This document shows, piece by piece, positions 12,435 to 25,800 of a DNA stretch of 64,000 bases. Source of the DNA: Nageia nagi (lineage: Eukaryota > Plantae > Pinophyta). A program made the position numbers and the translations under genes. The notes under the pieces were generated by a model. The model did no database searches, was not told where the DNA came from, and saw only the letters and a program-made list of their open reading frames with translations. Location: the NCBI GenBank assembly GCA_050084985.1, contig JBITNC010000001.1:104532001-104596000 (forward strand). Direction: 5' to 3'. The first letter of the stretch is position 1. Every line of letters begins with the position of its first letter.

Positions 12435-12860
12435 TTCTTAACCGTAGAAGAGGTTACTTGTCCGTAAGAGATTTTGTAGAAGAGAAAAGAGGAGATCTAG
12501 AAGCTTGACTTTAGAAAAGGGTAGATGTTTCTGACGTAAAGCCTGGCTGCCTTAGATTACGGTAAGCACGCTTCACCAACCCTATGATGCTCTGTCGGTG
12601 TCTCCTTTAAAGTATTATTGCAGGCACGAGATTACTGTTGTGAACAGAACTCGGGGGAGGTGGGGCGAACGGAGCGATTTGTACATCTTATAGGTATATG
12701 AGCCTCTCTTACTGCTCAGGATTAGGAGGCCTTGCAGCACACAGACACACGTGAAGAATTTTGAAATGGCTACAGGGCGCCGCGATGATATTCTTTGGCA
12801 TAGGGTGGAATATAGAACGTGTGGATTTTAGGTGACCGGGAGCGGGAAACGTGTGCTTAA
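12435..12860 (-). promoter_or_regulatory. 5' UTR and proximal promoter of the IDL gene
   Basis: CT-rich leader on the minus strand; TATA-like TTTAAA (~12606-12611) or TATAAGA (12686-12692, minus); TGTCGG+TGTCTC (12593-12604); G-box CACGTG (12748-12753); AACGTG at 12816 and 12848; TGACGT at 12532; W-box TTGACT at 12505. CpG-rich. The TSS is not determined. Confidence 0.6.
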
Positions 12861-13414
12861 TTACCAAGACTGTAATATGTTTTTGAATGTGATTTTGTTT
12901 TTTATATATTTGTATTAATAGGAGAGAACGTTATAATCACAGTCCTTTTCTACTATCAATTAGGGTTCAAATGTTGACATGAGGGGGGACCATGATTTAC
13001 CCCGAAAGTTGGAACCTAAGAGGCTCGTCTTGGTTGACATCAATGCTTCGTTAATCCTTTTAACAGGTGGGTATCTATTTATAATTTTTTTTGTTGTGTC
13101 CTTTCACTTTCTAAGATTAGGTTCATTCACATTCTTTAAATCATTTTTTGAGAGAAATTTTATCTTCTGAAATTAGGGTATTATTTATCTTAGGTTTCGA
13201 GTCAAAGGGGCATTTACACCATCAAAACTATCGAGGGCACGATCTTTGTCTCATTCGCATCTACCATCATTCAATAGGATTTTAGATATTTCTACTCAAT
13301 AGAGGTGGAATTTGAACCTGGGTCTCTCCCATTCAAGGAGAAAGTTTTCACTTACCCTTATTTTCCCAACTTCTCTAGCTTGCTTGCATATTCACATTAT
13401 ATTTAAAGGGTTAA

Positions 13415-14790
13415 GAAATTTAAATTTAGACCTCCCATATGAGAGAGTTTTCAATATCATTAACTTCCTAATATTTATGAAGAGTGTTGAGATTTGCATT
13501 CAAGGGTATCTTATCAAATGAAAGTATCTCAAACTTGTATATATTAGTATTTACACACATCTAAAAATGGATTAATAAGGAATAAAGGAGTTTAGCATCA
13601 ACGTTGCTCTTAGCACCAACTTTGGGATTCTTACAACATTAGGTGTCAGTATCTCAGTGGAACATGCAGAGATGTGTTAGCATCAACAAGGATAGTCCTA
13701 GAGTTGATCTAGCATATTCTATTTTGTGAATTAGTTCCTGGCCTAATGAACTGACCTAAGACCTAACATGGGGAGCTCAACCTGACTTTAACCCAAAAAA
13801 ATGCTCTATTTGGTAGTGCTAATATTGGGTTGAATGCCAACATTGTGGATCTTTTGGAGTTACAACTTAGTTTAACATTACAAACTTGTCCTAGGAATTA
13901 TAAACTTGTCCTAGGAATTACAAACTTGTCTTAGGGATTATAACATTTTTGCAAAGCCAAAAGGCATCAATTTTCTCTGTGGAACATCCCCAAGAATCTT
14001 TATAAACATAGTCCTTGTAAGATTGAGGGTTTGATAACAATTACTCAAGAAGAGAAATGAATTTGTTCATTATAGAAGCTAAGAGAGTGGGTTTTTTTTA
14101 TGTAGGAAAATATACATACCCTAGAGTTGTAGAATAGAGTATCATTTTGGTTGTAATTTATTTTCTTATACAATAATAAGATCTAAATGCTCTTGATTTT
14201 GGTTACATATTTTTGTGTTCTTATTTTGCATTTCTTTGTAGTGAAAATATTAGTTTCATATTGTTATTATGGAACAATCATTGCATTTGAAGTGTCAAGG
14301 GCATAGTATAAAAATAAGATAAATTATAAAATTTGTATTTGAGGATCTAAGTAAGCCATAGGCTCTTGGTGGTTATAGATCAACATATGGGTTATCTATC
14401 GACTCATTATGGTGAACACTCATACTTCACTAATCCTTATAGTCTATGGGGAAAATGTGAATTTTTATCTATAGGAGATGTTTATACATTTAAGGTATCT
14501 TTTTGTTGATATTATCAAGAACACACATTTACTCTTGTTTGCATTCATGTTATCGATCTATAAGTTTTTTTGTGTTCTTTCACTTTAGAAGGGTTAGTTC
14601 TTTCAGATTCCAAAGTTAGGTTCTTTTATGTATTCAAATTGTTTGTAGATTTGAACTTGAACATCCCACATCTGAGAATTTTCAACACCATTAACCCTCT
14701 AATATTTGGGAAGAGTGTTGATATTTTCATTCAAGGGTATCTATTCAAATAAAGTAATCTCATACTTGCATTTGTTCTTTTCTACACATG
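13415..14790. repeat. Diverged direct repeats (~13415-13560 vs ~14645-14790) with SINE-like heads, flanking an LTR-like insert (~13580-14410)
   Basis: GAAGAGTGTTGA..TTT.CATTCAAGGGTATCT occurs in both copies. The insert contains a 20-bp x3 tandem TTA(C/T)AAACTTGTCCTAGGAA (13878-13943). Confidence 0.55.
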
Positions 14791-15037
14791 TGTTATATAT
14801 TTTCCTTTTGCATCCAATTAGATTATTTGATTCTTCAGGGCATGTGAGATTTGAAGTTAGGCATGTTGAAATGAAGAGTTTTCAACACCTAGTAACTCCC
14901 TAGTGCATAGGAACAATGTTGTAAAGGTATCTTTTTCATTCAAATTATCAAGGATTTTATATTTCCTTTGAGTTATTTCACATTGGAAGATTAAATTCCT
15001 TTTTTTTATGAAAAATACTTTTTATATTACTAAACCC

Positions 15038-18000
15038 TTTTTCATACGAAAAAGCGTGGGTGGAGTTGAGCACACCTCATGGAAGACCACAACCACAAAC
15101 TAACTACATAATAGTTACGAAATGATTAAAAAAGCCTTGCATCAAAAGGAATGTGCCAAAACATAATATCAACCACCAATGAACCCTTGAAGTCCACTAC
15201 CAAAAACCAAAATCATAGTCCCTAAAGTTTAATGACTAGCATAATAAAACACCTCATTCATCATGAGAAGGTGGAGGGCATAAATTATCAATAAATTACA
15301 TATATTCCCAACCACCACCCTCAGTAGGAGCCACATTCCATTCATTATTACAATTACTTTTGTTAGTGTTGGCACACATATCAACATCACAAGTTGATTA
15401 GGGTGCAAGATTTAAGACATATCCCCATCCTATAACTAGAGTAAAACTTTTCAATCGAACATCCCACCCACTTTGAGAATGAGAAGTAGGAGACTCTCTA
15501 GGCTATATGCACATGGTATTAGGCAGAGGCTGTAACTAGTGCCAAGATGAATTTGTAGGAATGGCACTAGCAAACACATGTCACAACAAAGTGGGGGTGT
15601 GACTACATGATTGATATTGGGGAGCTCCATGAGACCATGACCAATGAGGAGGGAACTCATTAGGTGGTACATGACAAATAGTACAAGGAGAGTTCCCCCA
15701 ATGGTCTAGTAAATTACGTAAGTGTTGAACCTCCACATGAACTTTTTGAACCTAAAATATAATCTGCTACAAATAATTATAGAAAATAGCATATTTGTCA
15801 ATAAAAGAGAAGGTATTCAAAGGGGCTTCTCAACCAAACATAATATTATTTCTTATTTTCTATATAAGGTAGAGAATACTACTTCTAACAATATGCCAAA
15901 TGTTGCATAAGGGTTATGCAAACTAAAGAGGATCCCCAAGAAACGATTAAAAAAGTAAAGAATCCAATCCCAAGCCTACTTGGCCTTAGTGCATGACCAA
16001 AAAACATGGGGAAAGTCTTCAAACTCTTGAAAATAAGGATAAGTAGGATTAACCATACCTAGATACAGACTTTGATACCTAATGGGAAGATCCTGATGTA
16101 AAAGACTCCAAATGAAAAAACTCTAGTTAGGTTCAATATACTTACCCTAGGTAGTAGAAAAACATAAGGATCATCGAGATTGGGAGGAAACAAGATGCCA
16201 TCTAAGATTAAGCATATGAAACATAGGGACATTGAAAGAAATCCAAGAGTAACCATGATGAGGCTTATATTTAACAAAACCCATATGTCTAGGCCAAAAC
16301 TAATTTGACTATCACTACTTTTAAAAATGGGGGCCAAGCTTCTGCTAGATGGAAAAAGGACCTCTTTCCAAAAATAAATTAAAAGTAATATTATCATTTT
16401 CTTTAATTTGTAAAATAAATCAAAAAGCATACCATGAATGTTAGGTTCTAATGTGGGAATTAAAAAATTGAAGAATGGACTCAATTCTCTTCTTGTAAAA
16501 TCTTAGAGCTCAAACCCATTGACCTTGAGCTAGAAGCAACCCTTGATAAAAAAAATCTTTGGACCACCAAACATTAAGTGAATCCAGAGAAGCACTATGA
16601 ACTTGCTTTGAATATGTCAATTAAGCCAAGGTTGGAGGGATTTCTAGGCTTTCCAAATGCTCTTAATTACAAAAGAACCTGTAATTCTAATAGTAATAGG
16701 AGCAATGAGAAGGGTGTGAAGAGAAATCCCCTTCCAACATTTCTTTCCAAAAGGAAGCCCTTCAGAAATGGAATGGCAAAGTAGAAGCTTCCAATCTTCA
16801 TTCCCCTACAAAGCTCTCAGAATATTTTTTACACATAAGGAAAAAACCATGAGATTTACAATAAAAAAATATCCATACCACTAGCTATCCGAGGAAGATA
16901 GCAAGTTTCCCAAGCCACTTTGTGAAATCCTCACTTATGGACATCAAATTCTGACAGGATGTTCCTTAGCAACTTATCTAGCTTTTGATAACAAGATTTG
17001 AAAGGCATCTAATTGAAAGAATAGTAAACATGAGTGGAAGTGAGAACAAATCTAAAAATTTCTAGCTAAAGATAATTTCTTAGTGGTCTAGTAGCTTAAT
17101 TGTTTCTCAACCTTTTGAACCATAAAATTCCATAGCTGAGCAAGGGAGGCCTAAAAGGTAAAAGGAATTCCAAGGAATTTAAATATTTCTCCATTTTGAA
17201 TCCATTTATAGGGAAATTGAGCAAGCTAATTAGGGATGGGATGCAAGGTTTATCTGTAGCATGAATTTATTTTCCACTAGATGCTAGACCTAGAGGTAAG
17301 ACAACAAGTGTCCAAGCATTTTAAGGTAGTTTTAACAAACTATTCATCCTCTTGCAAAGCCAAAAAGGAATCACCAACAACATGTCCATTCAAGATTTGT
17401 ACCTAAGAATTGGAGAGGGAGGTACCACCAATAAGATCTTAAGAGGCTTGATGGGATAAAAGGTAATTCAAGCTTATGAATCTAGGATAAATAAGGAGGG
17501 AGCAAGAGGAAAACATTTCATATTAGGAACCATTCATTGTGAGCACAACAAAAGCATCCCTAAAAAGCATCTTGACAAAGGAAACAAAAGAAGGGCCAAA
17601 TATAAGAGTTGTAAGCATAACAGTGATAAAATACCATTAAATTTGATTGTAGGCCTTTTCAAAATCAATATTGATAAATAAAGAATCTAGGTTTGATGAA
17701 CAATCCCATTCCATAACTTCCCAAACAATAATTATATTGTCTAAAATATATTTTCCTTTAACAAAACATATTTGTTCTGGATGAATAATCTAAGGTAAAA
17801 GGGACAAAAGCTGAGGGCTAATATGTTGGTAATAATTTTGCAACTAACATTCAATAGAGTAATTGGCCACCAATTAGTAATGTATTCTAAATCACCAAGC
17901 TTGGGTATAAACTTGATGTTACCCTTGTTGAGGATAAGGCCCAAGGAACCTATATAGAGGGCCTCTTTGTAAACATAGAAAAGTTTTGGCCCCAACATGT

Positions 18001-19840
18001 CCCAAAATTATTTATAAAATTTATAAGGGAATCCATCAATATGGATGCTTTATCATTAGCCATCTAATAAAGACAAGTATTTAAACCATGTAAATTAATA
18101 GGTGTGTAACAAAAATCCTTCTAAGATTGGGAGAGATTATGATGTATGATAGTACAAAAATACTCCAATGCTTGCGGACGAATTTGGGAGAGAGGCTGGG
18201 AAGCAAAAACCTTCTTATAATGAGCAAAAATAGTGGAGATAATCTCAAGAAGTAAGGTGAGGCAAACTCCATTAGATTGAATAAAAGTGAACGGAGGCAC
18301 ATGAATATAAGGATGAAGGTTTCTAAATAATTCTTTAGATACTTGATCCTCGACATTAAGCAAATTAAGATGAGAATGAAGCTAAGCACCCTTAGCCTCA
18401 TAAAGGTTAGCTTTCCTAATTTCATGGTGAAGGGCTTCCACATATAATTGAGAAGGGATATAAAAAGGATTAGTTTCAAGATTCCAGGTGGCTTGAGCAA
18501 GCTCAGCATTGAGAATCTAATTACAAATCCATCTTTATTTAGTAAACTCAACCTTGAGGGTACAAAGAACTTTAGAAGTATGGAGGATAGAGTTGTTCCA
18601 CCACAAAATGCATCCCAAAGAGCTACAAGGTCTTAGAATTAAGTTCCAAATATGGCTCATATGAGCTCTCATAGAATGAGACTATAGATAGGAAGTATTC
18701 AAGTAAAATTATGAGCTAAAAACTTAGATAGGAGCTTGATTAAAAGAAATAGAAAAGAGAAGGAGCATGATCATACAAAGTGGTGTTAGAGACAATAGAG
18801 ATAAAAGGAAGGATGGGGGAAAGTCTCTCAAAGTGAAACAAATCACTCTTAGATAGCATAGCCATGTCAAACATTTTAAGAACATGGGAGGACTCAACTT
18901 GGAAGTTAGACCAAATAAACCAATGCACTTACAAAAAATCATAAGTAGAGAATTTAATATTTGGATCAAATAGAATAAGCTTATTTTTCATAAAAAAGTC
19001 AAGCCTCTCTTTCCCCTAGATTTTACCACATGGGATTTTGATTTTTCCTATTGAAGGGCTTTTCCACCATATAAAATTACCGCAAAGGACCCACATTGCA
19101 AAGGGAAGAGATATGGAAATCCAATGCCATAAATCTCTTCTATCATGAGCATCATTAGAAGCATAAATATTGCTTACACCTTGTGAAACTAGCTAATAAA
19201 TCTCTTCAAAAGAATTGCTTACACCTTGTGGAAAGCCAATGCCATAAATCTCTTCAAAAGAATTACTTACACCTTGTGAAATTACCACTTGGCAATATTT
19301 TTCAATAAGTATAGAATGAATACCTCTCTATGGACTATGTGAACACAAAATTTTACTTCTTGAACTATCCTCCATCCTTGGAATGGGAGGAGGCATAACC
19401 ACAATGGATACAAACAAGGTACTAGACCAAATAGAATTGAACAAAAGGTTAGAGGCTAACATCGGGGAATATAATAAGGTTGAGTTGATAATCAAGGATG
19501 ATTGAGCAATATTGAAAACCTTTGAAGGTTGCATGTTTGAGGTAACCAAAGCCAGGTAACTAGATGCCTAAGGTAGAGGCCCAACAACTAGCTCTTATGG
19601 GATAGAGCAATGGTTGCGACTATTTTTAATTGTGGTCCATTCATCTTCCCTACCATTGTTAGAAAGTACTAGGTGGGAAGACGATGGAGGGAAAATATAG
19701 TTTATCCTTAAATTTACCCACCAACAGTGGGAAATCATGAATCTTATTTTTAGGAGACTAGTAGTAGTAGTACGTATTTAGGAGACCAATAAACTCCACC
19801 CTTTGTTGTAAACACTCATCACCAATATTAATATTTACAA
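15038..19840 (-). mobile_element. Decayed L1-clade LINE (APE endonuclease, RT, zf-RVT)
   Basis: Minus strand: GVSNIYASNDAHDRRDLWHWI...WVLCGNF (EN, ~19180-19080); NWWPITLLNVSCKII and INIDFEKAYNQI (RT, ~17880-17640); EDFPHVFWSCTKAK (zf-RVT, ~16000). The 5' part abuts the copia LTR at 19843; the 3' end is approximate. Confidence 0.85.
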
Positions 19841-19842
19841 AC

Positions 19843-22800
19843 TTTTGGAATGTATAATGCATTATTGTAAAGGTTTTTATTAAATCTTATATGTAATTTC
19901 ACTAATAGTTAAAGGTATCATTTGATACCTTAAGTATTTAAGTGAATATGATAATGTAACTTGTCCTACACTCCATGTCATGAGCATGTCCCTCGGGTAA
20001 AAGGATGTGCATGTCATGCTTTTGTACATTAGATAAAAGAGTGGTCCAAAGAGAGATTTTGGCCTATAAATAGAAGGCTCCCTCTTTGTGATCACATACC
20101 AATTATGGAGTAAAGTTATGCTATAGGATAGTGGTTAGGAGAAAAGAGTGGGAGGATTGTAAGAGACTTGTATTTGTGAATGAAGTAAAGATCTAGTTAG
20201 TGGATGTACTCCTAGTTGGAGGAACCACTTACATCTCATGTTAACTTTATGAGATTGCTTTGTGTGATAGTTAGATGTGAATTGAGAGCTTTTATGTGAT
20301 CTTGGTTGTTTATGAATTATCTTATTAGTGTTAGATCCTTCAAATTGGTATCAGAGCTTGGTGTGAAAGGTCTTCTTCTTGGTGTGGAAGATCTTCTTCT
20401 TGATGTGGAAACTCTGCTTCTTGATGTTGAAGCTCTTCTTCTTGAGGTCAAACTAAAAGAAGGTATAATATCCTTCCTTCTTCGTTATTGTTGAAGTATT
20501 GCATTTTGCTACTAACATGTTATTTTTTATGTGTTAGTTCCTTTTTTTTGGTAAAATATACCTAATAAATTGCAATATTTTCTTTCTTGAGTAACCCCCT
20601 ATGTTATTTGAAATTTTTTTAAATTGCTACAATTTAAAAAAAAATAACAAGGGATTATTATACAATCATCTTGTATTTTTGTAATATTGCAAAAATAATA
20701 TTACAAAATATGCTTGAAAACTTAATTTGAAAAAAAAAATATATGATGCAATTTGTGAGTAATAACCTTTTATTAGGTTTCTTTTAATGTTTATATTTTT
20801 TTCTAAAAATATTACAAAGGGTTAGTAAAGAAAAATTTACAATCTACTTCAAACAATTTTTTTAAAATAAGTTTTTAAGTTTTATTAACAATATACTACA
20901 TTACAAAAGGGGGAATTTTTTCTACATTTTTTTGCCTATTATAATATAGATATATCCAAATTTTTTATTAAAGAAGGGGTCTCTTCCGTTGGTAGTGGTA
21001 GCCTAGTTCCTCCACTAGAGGTGGCTCTAGTGATGGCATCCTGGTTCCTTCACTATCGATGGTGCTAGCAGTGGTGCATGTTTGCCACCCTCTATCCACT
21101 ACCCCCCTTCTACTCTATCACCCTCCCCTGCTTAATGACTTTCTGAGCTCTCCTTTTTTCCTAGATGGTAGTGGTGGTGATGGTTTTAGTCCACAAAAGT
21201 TAGACACACTTCCATTACACCATGGATCTGCTTAGAGGGTGGAGTTCACCATTGGGCATCATGAATTTTTTTTGCTACATTTCATCATGGCTACATTTCA
21301 TCAAGTTAAGTTTCATCACCCCTCCTTTTGTGATCACCTCCTCCACCTGCAACAAGGGTTTGTTGGCCACTATTTCTCATCTCCTTTCACCTTTACAGTC
21401 CCTCAATAGCCCTCTTAACCTACCTCTCCATGGCCACCCCTCCCTTGTGGCCCCTTCTATTGTTGGTAGTGGTGCTAGCACTAGTAAAGGTTGCTCTACT
21501 CATGGGTCAAATGTCTCCTCCTCCCTACTCCTCATTATCTCCTTTGCACTCCTCACGATCTACTCCTTATGATTTGATCCTCATTGTCTACTCCTCATGA
21601 TCTTCACTTCTCTATCTCCCTTGCATGATCATGGTCTCTCCTTTTCTTGCATAGTCATCACATCTCCTCCGCTTACTTACCATGACTCGCTATAGAATCC
21701 TCACTCCATTTGTTTCCTACATAGCCTCAATTTTTTTGTTGTTATTAAAAAGTTCTCCCCCTCCATTTTTTTTTCAAACATAGTTATTGTGCATTTAATT
21801 TTTTACCAAGGGAGGGGATCTAACTTTTTATGTCCTTGTTTAATTACTTGCAAGCTCTAAAGAAGCAAACATATACTTTTTTTTAATAGTCATTTAATAT
21901 TTTTTGCTTGCTTACAAGTCATTTGTTCTTATTAGATGCACTTAGAAGTACTTATACTCCAACTTTAAAGCATTGTCATGATGAATATAATACTATAAAG
22001 TAAGTAGATACATCATTACTCTTAAATGCTATCCAATTTTTTTAGAAAAATGTGGCAAATAAAATTAATTCTTTAGGAGTATATATTTTTTATTTGCCTT
22101 AAATACTTTTAAGTATGGCAATTTACTTAGGCAAAATGATAAATATTATGTAAAATTGACACTTTAAGGAATTTTTTTACCTAAGTATTTTTTTAATGAT
22201 TTCATATTTCCTAAAAGGGAAACCTATGCTATTTTTTAAGTAAACAAGGGAATTTTTTTTTTTTTTACTTAAAATATAAATGCATACTTAAAAGACAATT
22301 TTTTTCGCATACAAGTTTTAGGGATAAAACTTTAAGTAAAAAGGGAGAATTTGTATAATTTTTAACTTAAAAACTTTATCTAGATCTTGCATGCTAAATG
22401 TTTTTAATGCATGCCTCTTAATCTTGTATATGAATAAAAGTACTTAAAACTTTTAAAGCTAAATAATTCATTTTTTTACTTAAATTTTTAGGTTAAATAA
22501 TGCATTTTTTTATTTTTAAATATAAATGATGCATGCTCATTACTTAAATTTTTTAAGTTATGGAATAATGCATGCTTACTTAATTTTTTATATCATGGAT
22601 TGATACATGCTAAGTATCTTCTTATGAAAAGTTAATATACTCATGCAAATTATTATGGACCTATGTAAAGATGTTCTTTAGAGGTTGGTAACCAAAATCC
22701 ATTAGACACTTGGGTTTCAAAATTTTGAATGGATGATGTTTTACTTTTGCTTTTTTACTTCATGTTTCACACTTTAATTTATTTTCTTATGCAATTAAAA

Positions 22801-25800
22801 ATGTAAACATTGAAATGAGCAACTCCTTAAAATGAACACATCCACATGTACATTCTACAACACAACTTATTTGGGGAGCCATGAGGTGAGGATAGAAAAA
22901 TTGGAGCCCTTAAGTTCGATGATCCAAGTGGTGAAAGTTTGCACTTCTCAATTACACCTAAGTCCTTTGTTGGTTTGAACATAACTCTATTAATTGGATA
23001 GGCATATGTGTAGTGATACCACATGTTCGCATGTCCATTTAAGGATTATCTTGATAACCTAGGAGGATAACTTAAAACCTAATCAAGATTAATAATTTGA
23101 TTGATCTAATAAATATCAAAACCTTAAAAAATAGCTATTACTTCTCCTTATGAGAGTATATTACTATCCAAAGGGAACTAGTTAAGGATTGGTAGGACCT
23201 AGGCTCCTCTTATGTGGGCATCTAGGTGAAGGCCTAATTTTAGATAAGAAAACAAGCCTTAACAATGTCACTTTGCATCTACAGTTCTTAAGATGAGAAA
23301 TATATTTGGGTACATAAGTTATTATTTGAATTGTAAAATATTTGCACTTATGAATCAAATCAAGCATATCTTTAATGTTAAATGTAACATGTATTATTTA
23401 CTTGGTTAAAACTTAACATTTAATGTTATTTATTGAACCACATGCTTATTATTTTACATTCTTGTGTAGAAAATGAGAGAATTGTTTTTACCCAAACACA
23501 TTTTTGATGATTCCAACTATGGGATTTGGGAACCATAAATGAGAGCTAAATTGTAGACAAAAAATCTTTGGCAAATAGTGAATGAAAACCTTATACCTCC
23601 TACAGTGAGAAGGCATTAGAGGTTTACAACACTAAGAATGAGTTGGCAACCTCCATGATTTACTGTGTAGTTTTAAATGATGTGCTCTTGATGATTTTCT
23701 CATCAACCTTAGCAAAGAAAGCTTGGGATAAGCTTAACAAATCTATCTTGATTTAAAATTTTTAATAAGGTTTACCATTGTCCAAAAGTTACTTCAATCT
23801 TATCAAAGGAAAGATGAAAATGTTGTCATCCACTTGAACAAAATTTTTGACCTAAAGATCCAACTTGTTGCTTGTGGATGTAATTGGATCAATGAGAATT
23901 TTATGGTCTTCATCATTATTCAAAGCTTTTCTTCAAAGTTTGAAAAATTTGTAATGGTTATGGAAATAAGGCTTGATGATGAAGAAGAAGTCTTCTCCCT
24001 TGAGAACCTTTCTAGGAACCTATTGAAGCATGAGAAAACCTTTAACAATAAGGTGTTGATTTCTTCTCCTAAGGATAATAATGTTACTCTTGAAGCAACC
24101 AAAACTACTTTCTAGAAGAAGTTCAAGCATCAAAATAAACTTATTTTTCTTCCTTAAAAAGGTTTGAGAAATGAGGTAATGGTCACAACAGTAGTAGGAA
24201 CAATAAGGACAATAACCACAATAGCAAGAATAATAGAAACAATAACCACTTAAACCAAAGAGATGGAAAAAGTAAAGCAAATAATTCATATTCTAAGAAA
24301 AAATTTGATAGTAATTGTAACTATTATAGCATTTAAGGTCACAAAGAAGTTGACTACTAAAAAAGAAAAGAAAAGAAAAGAATAAAGGCAATGAAAATGT
24401 AAAAAAACTTCAAAAGAAAAAAGAATATTCATGCTAGTTTTGCTTCAATGCTCTACTCCATGTATCATTCTTTTTCATCTGAATGGATTGTTGATTTTGG
24501 TTCCATTAATCACCTTTGCTTTGAAAAGAAAAAATTTAAGAATTTTTACAAGTATAGAAAATATGTAATTATGAAAGGTGCTTGAAAATGTTCTCTATGT
24601 TTTTAAGTTAAGGATGAACCTAATCTTCATGATCCAAGTTGTTAAAAAAGGGTACTCTTTTGAATTTGACTCTCAATCTTGGTGCATTAAGAAAGGATGT
24701 GCCACTTTGGTTAAAGGATCTATGAAAGGTAACCTCTACATTATGAATCAAGTTCCATCAAAGATGTGTCTTGATTCTAGTGTGTGTTCTAAAGGAAATC
24801 TTTGGCACCATCATTAAGGGCACCTTAATCACAAGAGTATTCAAGTCATGAAAGACCAAAAACTTATAGAAGGTCCACCTCTAATTTCTCCTTCAGTTGG
24901 TCTATAAAAAAAGTGCATTATTGGTGAGATGCATAGACAAAAGTTTGAAAAAGATAAGGTAACAAGAGCATATCAACCTCAACTTATGCATTTAGATTTG
25001 ATGGGTCTATTTCAAACTAAGTCACTTAGAGGAGCATCTTAAATCTTGACCTTCATTGATGACTTTAGTAGCATGACCTTTGGGTATCTACTTAAGCACA
25101 AGGATCAAACTTTGAGAGTTTTAAGGTTTTAAATCCTTTGTTGAGAATCAAACTAACATTAAAATCAAAATGTTGAGATAAGATAATGGAGGAGAATATT
25201 ATAGCAATGAGTTCAATGACTATTATGTTAAATATAGAATCAAGAGGCAATTTACAATTTCATACACTCCTTAGCAGAATGGTGTTATCAAAAAGAAAAA
25301 TAGAATAATTATGAAGATGGTTAGATGCATGTTGGTAATTTTTCTAAATTTTTATGATGTGAAGCTATAAGCACTGCTATTTATACCTTGAATAGGTGTC
25401 CTAAAAAAGTTGTTTATATTAAAACTCCTTTTGAGGCTTGTCTAAGAAGAAAACATAAAATTTTTCACCTTAAGGTGTTTGGTTGTGAAGCATTCTCCTA
25501 CATTATTTCTAAGAAAAGAATGAAGTTGGATAAAAAAGTTAAAAAAATGCATCTTTATGGGTTACGATAGTCAGCATAGGGGCTACAAGATTTACTCTCC
25601 AACCTATAAAGTAGTATTCATTTCAAGGGATATAAAGTTGAATGAACTTCCTGATGAATCTACTTCTAATAAGGATGTTGATTATCTAAAAGACTCTTCA
25701 GTTGCACTTAGCTAGTTATATATTGATGTAGATAAGTCATCTCAAGAATAAAACTCTCCAATTCAAAGGGTAACAAGGAGCATGACCTTAAATAAATCCT

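Larger units (their letters stand above)
11030..12860. other. CpG/CHG-retaining (presumably hypomethylated) island spanning the IDL gene, 3' UTR and downstream flank
   Basis: Frequent CG and CAG/CTG and higher GC content, against the near absence of CG in the flanking TE DNA. Confidence 0.75.

Noticed and set aside
12541-12555. GCCTGGCTGCCT resembling the miR160 5' end; also a miR482-like CCCATTCC tract near 53780
   Set aside because: Partial matches only, with no supporting hairpin seen.
20306-20494. Leucine-heptad ORF (LGVKGLL LGVEDLL LDVETLL LDVEALL)
   Set aside because: By-product of the 21-bp tandem repeat spanning the LTR/PBS; non-ATG start.
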